Assembly (NCBI GenBank): GCA_951406725.2
Contig: OX597825.1
Location: 41,664,001-41,728,000 of the forward strand
Origin: Octopus vulgaris
Taxonomy: Eukaryota
Reading direction: 5' to 3'
DNA length: 64,000 nucleotides
In this document: piece by piece, positions 25,948-40,524 of the stretch
Layout of the letters: every line of letters begins with the position of its first letter
Numbering within the stretch: position 1 is the stretch's first letter
The notes under the pieces: model-generated
Seen by the model: only the letters and a program-made list of their open reading frames with translations
Told to the model about the DNA's origin: nothing
Databases searched by the model: none
Translations under genes and position numbers: made by a program

Positions 25948-28272
25948 AGTACAAGTTTTCATAGCATAATATGCTACATAGTGTCATGTTTTTCGGTTTG
26001 GTTGGTGCTATGTGGATATATTTCGTTGGTTGCATGAATAATAACAGAAGCAACACCTGCAAACATTTAACTGAAATATTTATTATGGGATACAATGATA
26101 TATGTTGTTGGCCATTTACAATTACTAACATTAATAATTACATACTGGGACAGAAACAACTGCTCTGGAATTACAGAGAGCTATCTGTGTGACAACATGC
26201 AGTTGGCTCAAAATATACAAAATCCACTCTGAAAATCACCAGGGTTCCAGAGCTCCTTGGTTGTCTGTCCTTGGTTGTCTGTCCTTGGTCATCTGCTATC
26301 TGGAACCATCTGATGGCAAGAGTACATGGTGCATATTGCTCGGCTGCCTTTCAATACTCTGCAATCAAAAAAACACCAAAGTGGATTTTTTATAAGGTAC
26401 AAGAACATTCTAGTAAGCCAAATCATGCCACAACTTCACATTGATTGGTGTTCAATAGACTGATCATGTGAAACTGTCATGGATCGCTTATAGCGTGTGA
26501 CCATGTGATCAGTTATTTATTGATTGAAGTTTTAAAATCACTGCTACAATAATACTATGAAAGTGATTGTAATGATCTGAGAACAAATTAAGTGAAAACA
26601 ATGAAAGTGCCTTATCAGAAAGTTAACTGACATAGCTTCAGTAGTTCTGTCTGGGAGTACAAGTTCAGGTAGTTCTGTCTGAGAGTATGAGAGGCCAACA
26701 GGGCTTCTAGAATGTTAGACCAAGCCATCTAAGGAGAAGATTCAAGCTCACTTAGTTACACATCATCCAATCTGACTGGTTGCACCATGTTTACATTGGT
26801 GTAACTGCATTTTATGGTGACATAGTTATTTTTTTATAACTGCTGTTACCTTTTATGGCGGTATGATAGGCAGTTGTCCTGAGCTAGAAAACGTGAGCAC
26901 AATAATTCAAAACTAACCAGGTGCCTTGTTACACTAAAACAATAGAAGACTGACAAATATAATGGTTGGAGGTGAACAACATTACTCAGTACAATTCTAT
27001 TTAGTATTCACTTTTACACTTCTCCTGAAGAAATAATCTCCTTTTGTTTTCTAGAACTGCACTCTTGCCCTTAACTAACTAGCTTGTTAATTAGGTAACA
27101 GGATTCATTTTTGCCTTTCTGTTGCATATGTTTCATTATCCTGTATTCACTAACAAAGAGTCCTCTACAAAACACTGCACTTTCACAGTGTGAGGTTCTT
27201 TGCATCAACTTACAAAGTTAACTCAAGCTAATTTCTGTATAATAATTCTAGTGTTGAAGTATCATGCTACCACTTGGCTGTCAATTTACTCATTTGTCTT
27301 CAAATCCAAAGATACACACTTAAAATTAAATCAACTAAAATTAACTTCTGTATGATGCAGAGACAAAATGCAATTTGAGTCTGGAGATTTTCATCATATG
27401 CTTTAGATGACATATGAAATAGATGTCATAGAAGATGACATTAGAACCTAGCTATAATAAGAGAATGTGGCCCTGGATATCAAGTGTTAAGAGAAAGAGT
27501 TAAAATAGTAAATAATGTTCATGCTGGTGACAGCAGTGATAGGAAGTATAATAGAAATGGAGAATGCTAAACACACCCAAACTCTCTGTTATGCAAGAGT
27601 TTTATTACATCATTTGCATACTGACTTGTCAACAGAAACATTTTGCTTGTAGTATTGTCAATATATTCTATTAGAAGAACAATTATCCAGAGTAACCAAA
27701 AGTCAAGACATATTTCAAGACAATTTGTCTCAACTCCTCTGCAGCTCTTACATATACTGATGACACTGATTATGCACCTGCTGCTGATTCATTCTCTTTT
27801 CAGTAACCTGAGTTTCTAAGAGTGAGAAACAAGGTTCTGTTAACTCATGTTCCTGTCTAGCAAAGCTACTTAGAAGGCTTTGGTCATTCCAAGGCTATAG
27901 TAGAAGACACTTGCCCAAGGTCCCATCCAGTGGAACTGAAACTGGAACCATGTCATAAAGAAGCAAGCTTCTTACCACACAGCCATACTTCTTACACACA
28001 CACACACATACATATTAAAGGAAAAGGAAAACAAAACCAATGCAGTACAAGTATCTCAGGTCATTTAGAAAATTTAATTAGAGTAAGGTGAATCAAAAAT
28101 GCAGAAATAGAATTAATGTTCAGTATAACTATGGGCTTTTCTGACCTCCTCCAAATGAAGCTCATTTGATCTCCAACATATAAATAGAATATACAATTCT
28201 TCCATATACCACCCATACCAGCATAGAAGGTAGATGTTAAAGAATGATGATGATGATGATAATTATAATGCT

Positions 28273-28435
28273 AGGCACAGGTATGGCTGTATGGCAAGAC
28301 ACTTGCTTTTCAACCACTTAGTTCTGGGTTCAGTCCCACTGTGTAGCACCTTGGGTGTGAGTTCTCTACAATGGCTTCAGGCCGACAAAAGCTTTATGAG
28401 TGGATTTGGTAGACAGAAACTGAAAGAAACCCATC

Positions 28436-28514
<79 letters not shown>

Positions 28515-28743
28515 TGTTTGTGTGTATGTTTTTCTGTGTCTGTGTTTGTCCCCGACCACTGCTTGACAACCGGTGCTAGTGTGTTTACATCCCCATAACT
28601 TAACAGTTTGGCACAAGAGACCAATAGAGTAAGTACCAGGCTCTAAAAAAATAAGTACTGGGTTTGATATATTCAACTAAAATTTCGAGGTGGCGCCCCA
28701 ACATGGCCACAGTCAAATGACTGAAACAAGTAAAAGATAAAAG
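28273..28743 (+). mobile_element. SINE family A with internal (TG)n
   Basis: Family head and tail flank the microsatellite. Confidence 0.85.
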
Positions 28744-30049
28744 ATATAGTCAGCTGATGTTTACAAAAGTTTCTGTCATTTTGATTTTTGTGAGGGGGTG
28801 GGGCCTTTCCTTCTACAACTACACCTCTTTGTTCATCAAACCCTTTATTATTTTTCAATTCCACCCCCACCTCATCTTTTCCTTTCATCTCACTCTCAAC
28901 TTCATATGCTTCTCTTCCTTATTCTATTCCTTTTTCCTTCTGCCACCCTCAGCCTGTTTCTCTCTCCTATCACTTCTTGTTTGCCATGAAGCCTCCATGA
29001 TCCTGTTTCTTATCAGTTGCAGGTAGTTTTTCTAACTTAGTGAATGTGAAACTCTGCTGTCCCACATTAATTTATTTTCTGTCAACTTTACCCTGAAGAA
29101 AGACTTTGTCTGAAATATTGGATTTTCCATTCCCCATGGCAAGTTGACTGTACTGTTTTTACTGTAATTCATTTTACTAAATAATACATGTCTTGCTGAC
29201 ACAGACCATCACTCAATCCTTAAAACACACATGTTTAGCAGGTTCTCCCAACAAATTAAATTCATAGCAAACACTAGGCTTAAAAAACACATGTATAAAC
29301 TCAGTCCTGGAGAGGGAGCCATGCTCCACCACTGGACACAAACACTCCCACTATAGATAGATGCACTAAACCCCCTCTAGAAACTTAAAAGAACCTCAAG
29401 CTCTTACTCACCCTGCACTCACCCATATAACACTCAATCAAGACTCAAACTGATAAACAGTGCTGAGTCCCCGGGTTCTCCTCTAACAGATGATATAGAT
29501 TATACTTCCCCTATATCGCCTTACAAAAGTGGAGGAAGATTGATTCTCTGGTTTACTCCCCCATTCGCTTTAAATGTTAAGGGCTTAGCCAAAACCTTTT
29601 TTTACAATTGTAGGCTATAACCTCCTTTGTCACTATAAATACCATTCAATCTTCAACAGATCTACTTTGAAATTATCCTACTCCTCTCCACTCAGTATAG
29701 AATCTAGTGTTGCCTTAACTAATAAGCATAAACTTAATACACACTTCCTAAATAACGCCTACGGGTAGAGGAGTCAAAATATATATAATAATAACAATAC
29801 TAACACCGACCATGATAACATACACCACACCTGGAACACTAGCACTATAACCAGCATAAACAAGGATATGGATATCCGCACTTCCAAGGATGGTCAAAGT
29901 ACAGCTGAAATGAATGTTGATAATAATAGTACTAATACTACTATTACTACTACCATCACCAGCACCACTACCACCACAACCACAACCATTACTACTGCTG
30001 CTGCTACTACTACTTCTACTACTAATAATGATAATGACAATGATAATAG

Positions 30050-30346
30050 TAATAATAATAGAAGAAAATACTTGTAGGATAATACATGTAAATGTTTCCA
30101 CTGATAAAAATATATCTATAAAGGAATTTGACAAATTAAGTATATAAGGACCCGGACATTGAAATACAAAATATGTGGCAACTTAAAGCAAGAACTGTTC
30201 CTGTTAATATGGGTGTCCTAGGTATGATAAGTAAGTGATGTCAGAAACATCTAGATAATATCCCAGGAGAACCAAACCTTAGAGAAGTCCAAAAGATTGT
30301 GCTGACGAGTACTGCCAACATCCTTAGAAAAACCCTATCACTTTAA
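30050..30346 (+). pseudogene. restriction-like endonuclease C-terminus of an R4/Dong-like non-LTR retrotransposon
   Basis: ENTCRIIHVNVSTDKNISIKEFDKLS...TVPVNMGVLG...VQKIVLTSTANILRKTL*, starting in an (AAT)-rich tract. Confidence 0.75.
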
Positions 30347-30362
30347 ATGTTTGTGTTGTATT

Positions 30363-30704
30363 AAACACTTCACCGGGTATTTCCGAGTAAGCAAATGAGA
30401 ATTCGATTCTGTTTTCTGCTTGGAAAGTTGTTGATTTTACATACACATATGAAACAGGTAAGAACAGTTATGCAAGGCTTTTTTTCTTCAAGTTTAAAAT
30501 GAGACATTGCTGGCATAATTCCGTGATATCTATATTCCATAATCCACGGAATTGCCCTAAGTGAAATGTCTCGACCATGTCGAGTTATATTGAAAGAATG
30601 GCAGATGACATCTTTCGGTATAACTCAACAAAATCAAAACACTTCACCGGGTATTTTCGACGAAGCAAATGACAATTCGATTCTGTTTTCTGCTTGGAAA
30701 TTTG
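30363..30704. repeat. about 68-bp direct repeats 274 bp apart enclosing hairpins
   Basis: AAACACTTCACCGGGTATTT...CTGCTTGGAAA at about 30363 and 30637. Confidence 0.85.
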
Positions 30705-33700
30705 CGGAATTAGAGGAATGATGCTGCATTATATATGGGCAAGTCAAAGTCTAGGGTAGTATTTGGGGGTTGGCTCCTGTTATCATTATTATTAATACTA
30801 TTACTATTCATCATCATCATCCTCATCATCGTCATTTAATGTCCATTATAGATTGGACGGGTTGACCAGAGCTGGCAAGCTGTAAGGCTGCACCAGACTC
30901 CAGTCTGATTTGGAATGGTTTCCACAGATATTGTTATTATTAGTTTACTTTTAATCTGCATGTTTGTTACAATCAATTGCCTAAACACATTAAACAATTA
31001 AACAACAAATAGCTTACAAACTACAGAATTTTCTCAAGAAAGCCAAGAGAAAGAGATGTTTTATGTAACACACTACCAGTATACAAAGTTTAAAAGGGCT
31101 TAGTTACAAAGAAATTATTTTTAAAATCTGCCAGTCAAAGCGAAAAGATCCACCAAATGCAGAATAGAGCATGTATAATCAGTTATTAGCTTAGAAAATT
31201 CTATGAGTTACTCAAGGCCCTATACTGGAGTTACTCCTGCAGGAATAGCTTTAATATTCTCACATATATGTCATCATTATCATCATTTTATAATTGCTTT
31301 CTCTTGTTTGGAAAGGTCATTATGGGCAAAGTCATTTTTTACATGTAGTTACTGACCTCCAACAGGTATCAGGTGCCAGGTGCCAAATATGGCTCATATG
31401 CATATATAAAACAAAGTAGCAGGCTTTAATAACAAATCCCACCTGTGCCTGCTCTGGACACCAGCTTTAAGTTGCTAAGCTTACTTTTCTATATCATTAT
31501 ATAAGATTATTCTTTAGAATTACTATACTATTACTATAGTAATCTTAATGCTAATGGGTTAACTCTTTATGCTTATTTATTCCTATTGCTCTTAATTAAT
31601 CATGCATTGAGATTTTGATGATGTGATTGTTTAATTTTGGAATGACACTGTATGGTTGGGAAAGGAGCAAGGTCTGGCCTGTTTGAACATAAAACAAGTA
31701 GAATATTTTGGCTGAATATGACAAGTTTAAATGCTAAAAGGTTAAATTTTTTCAGCAATCAGCTGTGTGCATGTACTTCCTCAAGTTGAATGCAGTCAAG
31801 CACTGTTGGATTTCTTGGAGTTTTCTCAGATATACCACGTATATTACTCTCCACCAGTCAGATCATTAGAATCCAGAATCTAGTACTATTTTCCATCTTC
31901 GTGTTACATCATTCTTTTATTAATCCTATACAATAGTGGAGTTCCACATATTTATCCGGCCTTGATGAATATCCTACTGTAGTGTGGCATGTGTTAGCCA
32001 ATAATGGTACAGGGGCTTTTAAATGCATGTTATGAGGTTATTTCCCAGATTATGCTAAATATATATATTTATATATATATACACACACATATATATGCCT
32101 ATATGCAGGTATATGTGTGTATATATTTATATATATATATAAATATATAGAAAGCATTATATTGTCAAGATATAGATATATACACTTATATATCAAAAGA
32201 TATATATACATATATGTAATATATAAGTATGCATATACATATATGTGTCTATATGTGTATATATACATCTATGCATTTGCATACATACAAATATATATAT
32301 ATACATACATACACACATTCATATATTCATATAATACACAAATTTATATGCTTATAACATACATGAACCTATATCTATATACAATACATATGCTTATGAT
32401 TATACGGCACACACTCGCATTTAAATAGATGTTTACACACACATCCAAGAATAACCATGCAGGGTTACAAAACGAAATATTTCGAATGTTATTATTTTTT
32501 TTTCACTGTCGGAGTAATTTGCTAAAATCTGCAGTGACTACATATACATCAATTGTAAAATGACATGAAATTCTATATAACTCATTCCACACATTTCAAA
32601 AGAGAAAGCAAAAATAAATATTCACCAAGCAGTCTATCCTATTATTTTTGTTATTTTGTTATTGTTATTGTTATTGTTGTTTCCTTTCATTTTGTTCTCA
32701 ATATTGTAACATACCAAACTGTTTTTATTTTTTTACTACTGTTTTTATTATGTCTCATCATTTTTGTCTTTTTAGTGTTTTTTAATTGACCATTTTTATT
32801 TTTTTCTCAAATTCTCTCCTAATAGGATTTCTTTGTCAAGCTTGATAAATCACCTGGGATGAATGTTTAATGTAGAATATAAAAAAAAAGGAGAGAAAAA
32901 AAGAAATAAATAGAGAATAAAATGAAATGAAACAGAAATATAGAAGATGGAGGGGAAATAATAATAAAAATAATGAACAAATCAGGAGAAAGGGAGAAGG
33001 AGAGAGGTGGGTAGTGAGAATGAGAAATAATGTTTGATGAATTGCAGTATATGAGAGTGTAGAGTGAAAACTTTGTGTTTACAAGACTAATGCTCTGCCT
33101 ACTGTGTAACTGCAGCCTCAAGCTATATAGCTGAGTATCAACCATGTATTATCGTATGACACATTTAGGCTATAGACAAATAAAATTAGTCCCTGATAGC
33201 AATAATTTCAACTCTCATGATTAGAAAAATAATCATCTTAGATTAGAATCATCTAGAATTGAAGAGAAACCCATTTTTCTTTTGTTTATATTCAATTTTG
33301 TTTCACATGTAGAAATATGTGTATTACATACACACTCTCTTCCTCTTACCAATCTATCTATCTGTTTGTGTGTCTTACTGTTTTCATTCTAAGTTTTGAT
33401 GCATATACGTGTATGTATGTGTGTATATATATATATGTATTTACTGTGAAGTATTTGTTTGTACACTAATGTATTATAATATAAAAAAAGTAATGATAAA
33501 AGACACTCAGTACATTGTAGAAATGGTTGGAGTAATGTAGCTAGAAGAGCAAGGGCAGTAACCCCTTGCTCTGAGTACACTTTCCAAAAGCGACATCTTT
33601 TCATCTTATTTTTTTTTTTTTACTGCAGCTCATTAGTTCACTTGTGTGATAAAAGTTGTCTCATTATTTTTATTGCTTTTTTACTGCTTGACCTAAGACT

Positions 33701-34109
33701 TAGAAGAACTTTTTGAACTCATTACTATATTATTTCCTCAACTCCTCTCTGTTTTGAACAGTCTGTCTCCTGTGATGCATTGTTGACTGCTGACATATGG
33801 AAGAGTGAAATAAACCATGTGTGATGTGGTAACTTCCCTTCTGGTTCTAGACAATCTTGTGAAATTTCATGTCACAAGTCAAAACCTTAGTAATTGCCAT
33901 TTTTTAACATAATGGCACTATAACTGAAACATGAACTTAGTGAATACAGAATACACTTGTGTTATATACAGCGGTAAGCCTAGCAGAAAATGGAACCTTA
34001 CTCTTACTGTTTTAGTGTTTTCAAGCATTTTATTTTACATGCTTTTTCTATGACTGTTTACTTCATGTTTCAACTAGCAATAACCACGCCTCGGATTTAC
34101 CTCATTGGC

Positions 34110-34442
34110 CATGGTACCGCCTCGAGCTTACGATCATTAGGTTGTGAGCTCGAATCCCGGACTGGGCTGCGTGTTGTGTTCTTGAGCAAGGCACTTTATT
34201 TCACGTTGCTCCAGTTCACTCAGCTGTAGAAATGAGTTGCGACGTCACTGGTGCCAAGCTGTATCGACCTTTGTCTTTCCCTTGGATAACACTGGTGGCG
34301 TGGAGAGGGGAGGCTGGTATGCATGGGCGACTGCTGGCCTTCCATAAACAACCTTGCCCGGACTTGTGTCTAGGAGGGTAACTTTCTAGGTGCAATCCCA
34401 TGGTCATTCATGACCGAAGGGGGTCTTTACCCTTTACCCTTA
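34110..34442 (+). mobile_element. tRNA-derived SINE (CORE/V-SINE-like)
   Basis: GAGCTCGAATCCC B-box-like head, then GTGTTCTTGAGCAAGGCACTT...CACTCAGCTGTAGAAATGAGT and a (TTTACCC) tail. Confidence 0.65.
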
Positions 34443-35051
34443 CTTCATGTTCTGGGCATGATCATCTTCCAACACACTAGTCTGGATTACTGGCCATTAA
34501 GCAACTGGAAATTATAAGCTCAAAGCATTTTCATTATTCCACTACATTATGAATAGACATCAAAACTGACTTTAAAGCTCAGTTTGTTCTCAAACCATGT
34601 TGTCATTATCGGCCAGCCACAAATATATTCCTTTCATCTGTGGTCACTTCGACCACACATTGAGATAATTTTTCAGTCTTCAACAGAAATTTCTCATAAG
34701 AAATCAAGAAATAAACAGATTCTGCATTTGTTAACACAGAGATTCTTTAATCAGTAAGATAATGCTAACATCATGTTAGCAGTGAACTTCAGCAATATAC
34801 TGTTCAATATATACACAAGCTTTCATTACTATTTCTAGTATTAATATCACCTTAAAACCTTCCAGTTATCTCCAGATATCCTTGAAATGTTCATATAATG
34901 TATAACCCTATGTAATATGACTGCTGGTTTTAAATGCGTTTTATTGCTAATACTTTGTAAGATATTCCTCTGTATTCAATATTATCTTGCCTTGTTTTGC
35001 AACTTATATATATCTTTGTCCTATTCTTTATCCTCAATATTCACAACCATT

Positions 35052-35510
35052 AAGGCAGCAAACTAGCAGAATCGTTAGACCACCAGACAAAATGCTTCGT
35101 GGTATTTCGTCCATCTAAGGTGGAAGGCAGCGAGCTGGCAGTAACGTTAGCATGCCGGATGAAATGCTTAACAGTATTTCGTCTACCACTACGTTCTGAG
35201 TTCAAATCCGCCGAGGTCGACTTTGCCTTTCATCCTCTTGGGCTCGATTAAATAAATACCAGTTACGCTCTGGGATCGATATAATCGACTTAATCCGTTT
35301 GTCTGTCCTTGTTCATCCCCTCTGTGTTTAGCCCCTTGTGGGTAGTAAAGAAATAGGTATTTCATCCATCTTTACATCCTGAGTTCAACTTCACCTTTTA
35401 TCCTTTCAGAATCGATAAAATAAATACCAGTTCAGCACTGGAGTCGATGTAATCAGTTTAGCCTTTCCCCACCCAAAATTGCTAGCTTTATGCCAGAATT
35501 TGAAACCAAT
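35052..35510 (+). mobile_element. nested pair of SINE family C copies
   Basis: GGCAGCGAGCTGGCAG...GAAATGCTTA..GTATTTCGTC..CTGAGTTCAAAT..GAGGTCGACTTTGCCTTTCATCC. The inner copy (about 35116-35360) interrupts the outer; GGTATTTC.TCCATC recurs at the junctions. Confidence 0.8.
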
Positions 35511-36269
35511 ATTCACGACTGTTACTGTCTTTGTCCAGCTTCAAATTCACACAGATATATAGGTAAACACTAGCATGCATAACCTAATGCTTTGCTCTAT
35601 CCATCTTCACATATTTATAGACAGTTTGATAAAAACAGCATTACTTCTATATGTATTTCTCACTTGCACAGATTATAACATCAATTTAATAACCTAGTGA
35701 ATATATTATTATAAATATATTATAGTTAGTGAAATATTTTGCTTGCTGTATGAGGTATTTCGTATGCTGTAAGAGGTAATTCATTCACCGCTTGTGGAAA
35801 ATCAATGTTGAACTAAGGATTATTGCACAAAATCTAATTGCTATAATATATTCTTGTCATACACTGATATTATCACAGAATTTTCTTTTTCTGATAAGGA
35901 ATCCCAGGAAGAAAAACACTGAAAAGAAGAAACTATACGAAACAGAACGATGAAAATAAATTATAGCTTGAATAAGAATTGTCAGAATGTCAGGGATTGG
36001 ACACTTACTTTGCAAAAGGTTAGCACTCAACATCTACTGAGCCAGAGGTAGAACCTTATGAAAATTTGCTCCCTACCTTCAGTTCAGGATCTTCTGATTT
36101 CTCCTGAAGTGGAACCCTCGAATAACTTCCTGGTACCTACTTTATGCTTAGGGGATGATAACAGCACCCTAGCCACTGCTGCTTTACAGCTGATAGTGGT
36201 GGAACCCTTAGAAGATGTTACACTTCAGTTGATTATAACTTGGAGGATGAATATGATAAAATAAGACCA

Positions 36270-36930
36270 TGTGTGATTATAGAGTGACTAAAACATTATA
36301 CAGTACCTAAAATATAGAGCAAAGAATATAAGTAGCAATTGTGATACACACTACAAAGAAATGATCAAGCTCAGTAATGATCTATTAAGCAACAACTACC
36401 CAAAAAACATACTATCCACTCCATTTATGAAGAAAAGAGAGGATGAAACCAATGAACTATTCACAGTATGTGAAAGGCCTTTCCAAAAAGATACAAAAGA
36501 TATGTGGTCCATATGACATTAGGACAGTATTCAAGAGTAATACAACACTTTGCAAATATCTCGTTTGAGTAAAACCACCAATAGAAAAGAATATGACCAA
36601 AAACTGCATGTACTCTGTCCCATGCAGCTGTGATAGGTTATACGAAGGCGAAACATGCCACCCCCTCAAAATAAGGGTAGAGGAACATCGCAAAGCTGTG
36701 ACATGAGGAGATATTGATAAATTAGATATAGTTGATCATGTATGGAAAAATGGAGACCACCTCCCCTGTGGGATGAAGTTTAAATAATAGACAGAAAACA
36801 CCACTGGAAAATACGAAAACTGAAGGAAGCAGCCCATATACTGGGACCAACAACCTAAGCAGACTGAGTGCTGATATGAACAGATATAAACAGATATGGG
36901 AACTGGTATTAAGGAAGGATAGGAAAATAT
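36270..36930 (+). pseudogene. PLE (Penelope/Poseidon-like) RT thumb plus GIY-YIG fragment
   Basis: LLSNNYP...QYVKGLSKKIQKICGPYDIRTVFKS...NCMYSVPCSCDRLYEGETCHPLKIRVEEH...RKLKEAAHI. Confidence 0.85.
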
Positions 36931-37200
36931 GTCTAAAGAATTAACACAACTAAGATTCCTGTCAACTGTAATTATTAAGGCCATCCTCTTGAAGAATTCA
37001 ATAACATTCTTCTTAAGGCCATCAAGTTCATGCCTGCACGAATGATTATAGGGCATCATCCATGTATAGAACTGCATCTAAATATGAAAATGCTATATGT
37101 AAATGATACAAACTACACAGACCTATGAGCATACATAATTCTCCTCCATCATATGTGCACATCAGCACATTGAACAATGTATTTCCCTTCTTCTTGATCA
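36930..37200 (-). pseudogene. PLE RT fragment
   Basis: FNVLMCTYDGGELCMLIGL...LYMDDAL...IITVDRNLSCVNSLDI is homologous to the RT at 47130-48780. Confidence 0.75.
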
Positions 37201-37297
37201 AGTAGAAATATTGGAAATAGCAAAGACTTCCTGGTGTGCAGGATGATGTCAATGTCAAAAGTGTTGATGAGTACTCACTCCTTAGGCTGAAGAGGCC

Positions 37298-37457
37298 ATG
37301 CTATAGATGGCTAGATTCAACTATTATTTATATAATTTTCCCGTCACAGTTAATCCCCCTTTTATCCTTCTATACACAGTTATTTTAAAAGTAGCTGTCC
37401 AATCAGCTTTAAATGCTTATTCATTGAATAATAGTTGAATCTAGCCATCTCTAGCAT
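37298..37457. repeat. 31-bp inverted repeat (30/31 match)
   Basis: ATGCTATAGATGGCTAGATTCAACTATTATT (37298-37328) versus 37427-37457. Confidence 0.9.
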
Positions 37458-37848
37458 AACCTGAAATAATTTTGCACCGTTGTCATCATTGTGTGACTGA
37501 ACAGCTCGAGCTTGTTGCCTACCTAGCTATGCTTAAATAACAAGGTATATAAACTTCTCACCATACCTTCATTTCAAGATATTTAAAACTGAAGTGTCTA
37601 GTAGAATTCCTGTATCTACAATTTGGAAATGCAAGCTAACTAAATCTACAAATCATTGCTGCTTAACATTAAACTCAACACATAAAATCAAATTGAAACT
37701 CTATTAATATGTCAAGGGCTATCAGTCTTCTGTGATAGGAAAAACAAAGGAACTCATGTGGATTATTTCATCATCAATAGAAAAGAACTCATAGAAAAAT
37801 CTAGGCTGAGTTTCAACTGTTGGCTAAGAATTTAAGAAGTTATTTGAT

Positions 37849-37879
<31 letters not shown>

Positions 37880-38099
37880 CACATATGCATATATACATAC
37901 ACATACAAAGGAGATTAAAAAGCTAGGTACCTTTTGACAAGTCACCTAATGAGACACATTTGCACCCAATGATGTACCACATTTTGTACAGCTTCTTGCC
38001 TGTGAGGGATTGATGCACAAAGGATCAAAACGATCGTATAAATTAATAAAGAATCTCATGAATTCTATTTTCTTTCTCTTTCTCTCATATTATGTGTAT

Positions 38100-39130
38100 G
38101 TATGTCATTGTTCAGTTTTATTTTAAGATTTCTTGCCAAATAGAGGAAGAGCCAGTTTCTAACCTAGACTCAAGGCTCCTTCATTGGAATTTCATCATTA
38201 GTAACAGGGTATTTTGGTTTGTATGTTTGTATGTATATGTGAAGATTTGTATGTTTTGATTTATGTATGTATTCTCATGCATATAGTTGCATATCTAAAC
38301 ACGTTCATATATACTTAAATGATAAACTTCTGGAAAGTTTTACAGATTTTTACAATTTCAGTGATAGATTGGATCTATAGTCTTCAAATGAGCTTTTTCC
38401 TTTCTGTTTTTGAGAAGACTAATTTCTCAAGATTGGTATTTAAGCAGTGTGTTACATATCCTAGAGTCCCAATAATTACAGGTATAAACTTAAACTTGTA
38501 ATCTGAATAGAGTAACTGCAGATTTCTCAACAGTTCAGCATAGGTGTTCTCTTGTTCACTGATCTTTAGCATTATGCTAACATCTACTGTGCAGCTTATT
38601 TCCACAACTGTGCACAGTTTCTCTTCTCTATCCCAAATAATTATATCAGGTCTGTTGTGCTTACATTTTATTGAGGTCTTTACCGAGAGATTCCACCAGT
38701 ACTCCTTTTTATTATGAGTGACAATGGCTTCTACCATATTGTGGGTTTTTATTTCTTTGTCCTTGGGGTTATCCATCTGATAAATTTCATTATAGAGTGT
38801 CCTAGCCACTACATCATGTCTCATTGCTAGATAATATTGTGAAGACGTTCTTGGACAACTGCTTATGATGTGGTGTTAACTCCACAGAGTCTGCAACGGT
38901 TGTTGCACTGCTTTTCCTGCATCTTTATTCCTTTTTTGCATCAGGTACTTGGTTGATATTTTCTGTTCCCAGATTGCAAGTGCATACTCTTCAAAATAGG
39001 AGATAGTATTCCAGCTATCGGTCTATGATAGACTGCTTTGTGTATTAATGTTACTATCATCTCAGAGCATTCTATTAACATATTCATGCATAATCTTCTG
39101 CTCATATAGGGTCATCCTTTCATCTGATGT
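38100..39130 (-). mobile_element. RLE-type (R4/Dong-like) non-LTR retrotransposon 3' portion
   Basis: HIISSCPRTSSQYYLAMRHDVVAR...NRPDIIIWDREEKLCTVVEISC...FIPVIIGTLG: CCHC remnant, RHD and PD..(D/E) motifs. 38100-38380 is the probable 3' UTR. Confidence 0.85.
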
Positions 39131-39148
39131 ATGTAAATATGCATGCAT

Positions 39149-39690
<542 letters not shown>

Positions 39691-40524
39691 TATATGTATA
39701 AGTCATGAAGACAATGAAAAGGTTCATCCTTTCATCTGATGTATGTATGTATGTTCGTATGTATGTATGTATATAAGTATGTATGCATGTATCTATCTAT
39801 CTAGCTAGCTAGCTATATCCCAATCTATCTATCTATCTGTCTGTCTGTCTATCTATATGTGTGTGTATAAGTCTAACGACAATGAAAATCCCTAACTGCA
39901 TAAACTATGGCTAATACGTGCTAGTGCTATGCTCAATAGGAGATGGTTAGTTTGAAATATCGGGCCATGTGTGAGGACTCCTTGTTCATCATCAAATGAT
40001 CACACAAAGTCTCTCTCTCCCTCATTTTCCCCCTCTCTCTCTATCTTGCAGATTCAGTTAACAGTTAATCAACAATTTGCTTGGGCACACAATTCAGTGC
40101 TGTCACCACAGCACTTGATGTTGAAAGGTAAATCTGGCAAGAATGTAAAGACAAAATTATGACAAAATAATGTATCAGTAATGCTTTTTGTTGGACTCAA
40201 TCATATATATTTTCACAAGCTTATGTTATTTTGATAGTAAAAATGCTTTAAAACAATCTCTTATTTATATGGATAGCAGCAAGCAAACTTTACTTTTGTT
40301 ACTGATAAAATCAAAATTTACAAATTTTTCTTGCAATAGTTTTCTTCTATATTCAAAGAGACCTGTACAATAATTGAAACGCACACAGAAAACATAAACA
40401 TTGTACACAAATCTCTTTTGGATTTGCAGTTAAATTTCTTTTACCACAAAGAATAAAAAAACAAACAACTAATTGCAAAAGTGTTTTTAAGCTAATTCTA
40501 TTTAACATTCAAAAGGAGAAATTA

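Noticed and set aside
30363-30704. CRISPR-like repeat-spacer
   Set aside because: Only two long repeats, eukaryotic context and no cas genes.
35890-36020. Possible plus-strand exon with acceptor and GTTAG donor
   Set aside because: All three frames contain stops.
38135-38195. Minus-strand CCAATGA...GAAAC resembling a hammerhead
   Set aside because: Two core mismatches and no convincing stems I and III; more simply part of the RLE element 3' UTR.
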